This document shows, piece after piece, positions 47,910-51,544 of a stretch of DNA of 51,544 bases. The notes under the pieces are model-generated. The model was not told the DNA's origin. It saw only the letters and a list, made by a program, of their open reading frames with translations, and made no database searches. The translations under genes and the position numbers were made by a program. How positions within the stretch are numbered: position 1 is the first letter of the stretch; each line of letters starts with the position of its first letter. The stretch is taken from the NCBI GenBank assembly GCA_002633005.1, contig NMRA01000020.1, positions 1,159,083-1,210,626 on the forward strand, given 5' to 3'. Source of the DNA: Phoronis australis (Eukaryota > Animalia > Phoronida).

Positions 47910-50899
47910 TTAACAAAAATGAAAACGGCAAGAGTATTCTGAACTTGTCTGCGTGCCATACGATCGGAATTACAATGACGTTGGCCTGAATTATAAAATC
48001 AACGATTGAAATCTCAATAACTGGCAAACTGACACAACAGGAACGAGGTGTGACTCAGTATTTGACAATTTGTCTATTTCTTGCATTAATATCAACCATT
48101 TTATAACATATAATTGATAATTTTTCCCCATATGCCAACGTAATTAATTTGTTAATGGAACTGCATCAGCCTTAAAGTTTATAAAATCCTAGAATTCTGT
48201 TGGTGTAGGTTTTGTCCAGATACTTTCAAGAAACAGGGTTCGTTTCAGAGTTGGAAAGTTATCACTTAGAGCAGAGTTTGCCATAAATACCACCACCTGA
48301 TTAAAGACCAAATGAAATGTGCTAGTACACTGTCAACTCTGAGTAATAACCGCCACTTTAGTTCAGTTTCTGCCTTTACTTCTATTAGATGTTGCTTAGG
48401 AGAATTGTAATCGTGCCTCGATGATTCACGTCTACCTTCTTCTCCTCAGAGGCCACTTGCCTCGGTGTCGCTCCTACACCCGGCGGACCCGCTGGTCTTT
48501 CGGGTAAAAAACATTTACCCAGTTTCACCAGAAATTTTGGTGTTCCGAGGACGTCGCTTTAATTCGATAAACCTAATTCCAGAATCAATATGAGAAGGCG
48601 GTCCGAACTCAATAATCACCGGGGATTTCCCAATTTCTAGTGAAGGTGGTTCGTTTCCCTTGCACCTCATCGTTACATCGTCGTCGTGAAATGATGGCGA
48701 CATTCCACTGCCGGGTCGCTATTCCTCTTGAAATATTCACAAACAATCAATTGGATTAGGCGGTGGTCCAAATGGAAGATTTCGCTTATCTCTCTCTTTT
48801 TAAAAGGGAATCCACATACGATGGCTTTAAGGGGCAATTCAAAATGGTCAACTTCAAATTCAAGAAAAGAAAGCTTAGTGAATTAATCTTGAAAGGTAAA
48901 CACATGGGATAATGACCTGCAGAAAATCTCGTCATGATAGAGGTTCAATAGGCAATGCTAACGGACCAGGGTTTTCAGAAAGCTTTGCGTATAATTACGG
49001 TCTATACATGTACAAAATCTCGGAGTCTGCTATGATGTAAACCAGAACTCAGGTGATGAACCGACGAGTCCGCTCACTACACAGCATGTGGAAATCGACG
49101 ACATTGCGGGACTTCGTTCAAAAATATTTCCAGTTATCAAAAACAGAAATAGCCGATTGGCATTTTTCATACCTCATAGTACAAAATGCTTTTTAGCCTG
49201 AGAATACCGCATGCAGTTTCATATGGAGATGATCCGACGGTGTAATAGTAAAATAATGCACGCTTGTGATGGTGTAAGTAAATGTGAAATAAATGTGAAG
49301 GGTCTAGAGCGCGATACCTCGCAACATGCGCATAAGTTTGTTTCAAAATCTTACACCTATGTACCATCCGGAGTCAGTTTGGGACATAGAATATATTACG
49401 TGAAACGCCAACTCTATATAATTTGAGTGCACGAGATTTGTGATTTTAAGTGCTTGTCCACGAGAGCACCAGCCACCCAGCGGTAAGGTGGGGTCAGCCG
49501 ATTTTCACCAAATGTGACACATTAAGTTCATCAGGCAGCAGGTAAACGTTTGCTGTCTCTACCAAAGATTAGTGTTATTGTATGACAGAGTGTCAACAAG
49601 GTGGCCAGTGCAGTTATCAATAACCTGGTGGTTAAGATAAACCCAGAAAATTTTACCATAATCTCACTCCCAAAAAGGTGTTTCAATGTCTCGACCGACT
49701 CTACAAACAGCAGGTATCGTCTTCCTTATCATCTATAGTTTTCAGAAAGTAAAACGGAAGCCATCTAAAAAATTCACCTTGTTCTCTGTTTTCAATTGAG
49801 TTCATTAACTTTTGGCTTGAACATTTCAGGGCTCAGTTGAAAACACCGGCAAATACTCAGTAGCACCCGAACAGGAATTTGCCATGCAAAGGAAAGAAGT
49901 TACTGGGAAAACAAAGAGAGTACATGGCAGCTGTAGTATTGTAGTATTCTGGACTTTGTCAAAGAAAATCCCAATAACCGTTTTATAGCTAATACAACAA
50001 AGACAGAGAATTTGCAAGATGAATATATAGCACTGGATTCTTTACCCAGCACATCCGTTTTCTCCTAAGCTTTTTGCCTTAGTTTCTATGCTAAATGAAA
50101 ATATAACGTACCTGTTCGGGTTATTGCCTTGAGTGCTTGAACTGGGAAACTCAAAAACCAAAAATGGGTATCAATGCTGTAGTGGGGCGTAGGCGCAGCC
50201 AACCACCTTTTGGCATTTGAACGTAGCGCCTATGCACCGTAAGTTACGTTCAGTGCTCAAGGTGATAAAGTTGGCTTTGGGTGCTTACTTACCACTACAG
50301 CATTGGTGGGCATTATGTCGAGCATGGGTGGATGAAAGACGAAAATTCAGTGAACGATCGATGGGGCATACCATTGGTCTTCCAGGGGATCTATGATAAA
50401 AAATTGACGGTAACTGATCTGCAATCTTTTGAGGATATATTGATTATACTTATATCCTCATCAAACAAAAAATAGCAACAATATTTTTGTATACGATTTT
50501 GATCATCGCTTTCCATTGGTGTAATTTAGGGATCTGATGGTGGGACTATTGGCTCATGTGATACCCTGGAAAAATGCCTGTAAACAAGACAAAGCAGCAC
50601 CAAAGAGCAGTAGAAATGAATCAAAGAAAGCAGCACGAAAGAGTGAAACAAAGAAAGCAGGCTTAAAAAAACAGTAGTGAACCAATATTGACAGCACCAA
50701 AAAAAAACAACAGTGGAGAACAGAAAAAGAAGGTAACTATAACCTTGTTTCACTTCTGCGATTTTTTATTTGTTTGATTCTTGAAGAGCATTGAACGATT
50801 GCATTTGAAGTGAAAAATATAGAAAGCTAGATTTCTCAGATAACTTTTGCAGATCTGCCAAGTGTCTTGCCATCTGTGATAGACTCACACATTTCGCAG

Positions 50900-51045
50900 A
50901 AGTCTCCGTTCAAATTTGGAGAGCATAGCACCAACTGCACGGCCACCAGATGCTGCTAGTGCGTCAGTGGCTTGTTGAAATTGCAAATGTTCATCAAAAA
51001 GGACACCTAAATATTTATAATGAATTACAATAGTGAACATATCAC
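50900..51045 (-). pseudogene. Non-LTR retrotransposon (LINE) reverse transcriptase C-terminal fragment
   Basis: YKYLGVLFDEHLQF...LAASGGRAVGAMLSKF is typical of the RT end in CR1/L2-group LINEs. Confidence 0.75.
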
Positions 51046-51544
51046 TCTGTCGTACGTCAAAACTTACAGGGAACCAATTTGTAATTTCGGGAAATCTGAA
51101 CACGAACCACAAATGCTTTGATGGCATTATACATATGGCAATCAATATCATTTCATAGAAGTTTATAAAATGATAAATACTTTTGTGCATGTCCAAATGC
51201 CTTCCTCATATCAACAAATGTTACAAATTTGGAAGGTTTTCTTTTTTCCTCTTTTGTATTATAGATGCCTATGAAAGACATGGTTCATACAGTGGTCTAG
51301 CTTTTCGAAAACTATATTTCGCTTCCCAGCAAGCAGATTATACTTCTCAATGTAAGATGATGTCCTGCATTCAGAATACCACTACATGTTTTATAAACAT
51401 AGGACAGCAAGCTAATTACCCTAAAATTTAATGGAACACGATGATCCGATGATCATTTTCTGAGACTTTCAGAATAGGAATAATATTGGCTTTCAACATC
51501 ACTGAGGGAAAATACCGCGAAGCAAAAATAGCATGAAATTGCAA

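Noticed and set aside
48440-50750. Exon-like patches with splice-like sites
   Set aside because: No consistent open spliced frame or recognisable protein could be built by eye.

Overview
This window is eukaryotic, not prokaryotic. It is AT-rich, has spliceosomal GT-AG introns, is TE-rich and shows no obvious CpG depletion; an invertebrate animal is my inference. Its core is a direct duplication of about 10-12 kb (~14105-26496 and ~36758-46455). Each copy carries an apparently intact + strand SLC46-family (PCFT/SLC46A3-like) MFS transporter gene with one putative non-coding exon and four coding exons, giving 477 and 478 aa at ~87% identity by hand count. Differences between the paralogs cluster in helices expected to line the substrate cavity. 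The rest is largely transposon debris: an internally deleted P-element/THAP9-type element, a Kolobok-type element with a THAP remnant, a truncated Gmr1-type Ty3/gypsy element, a solo LTR with clustered heat-shock elements, several MITEs, two tRNA-derived sequences, a LINE RT fragment and satellites. One ~875-bp duplication is probably an assembly artefact. I see no CRISPR array, operon or clearly new biological system. The best leads are the diverging SLC46 pair and the HSE-rich intronic LTR. All alignments and counts were done by eye.
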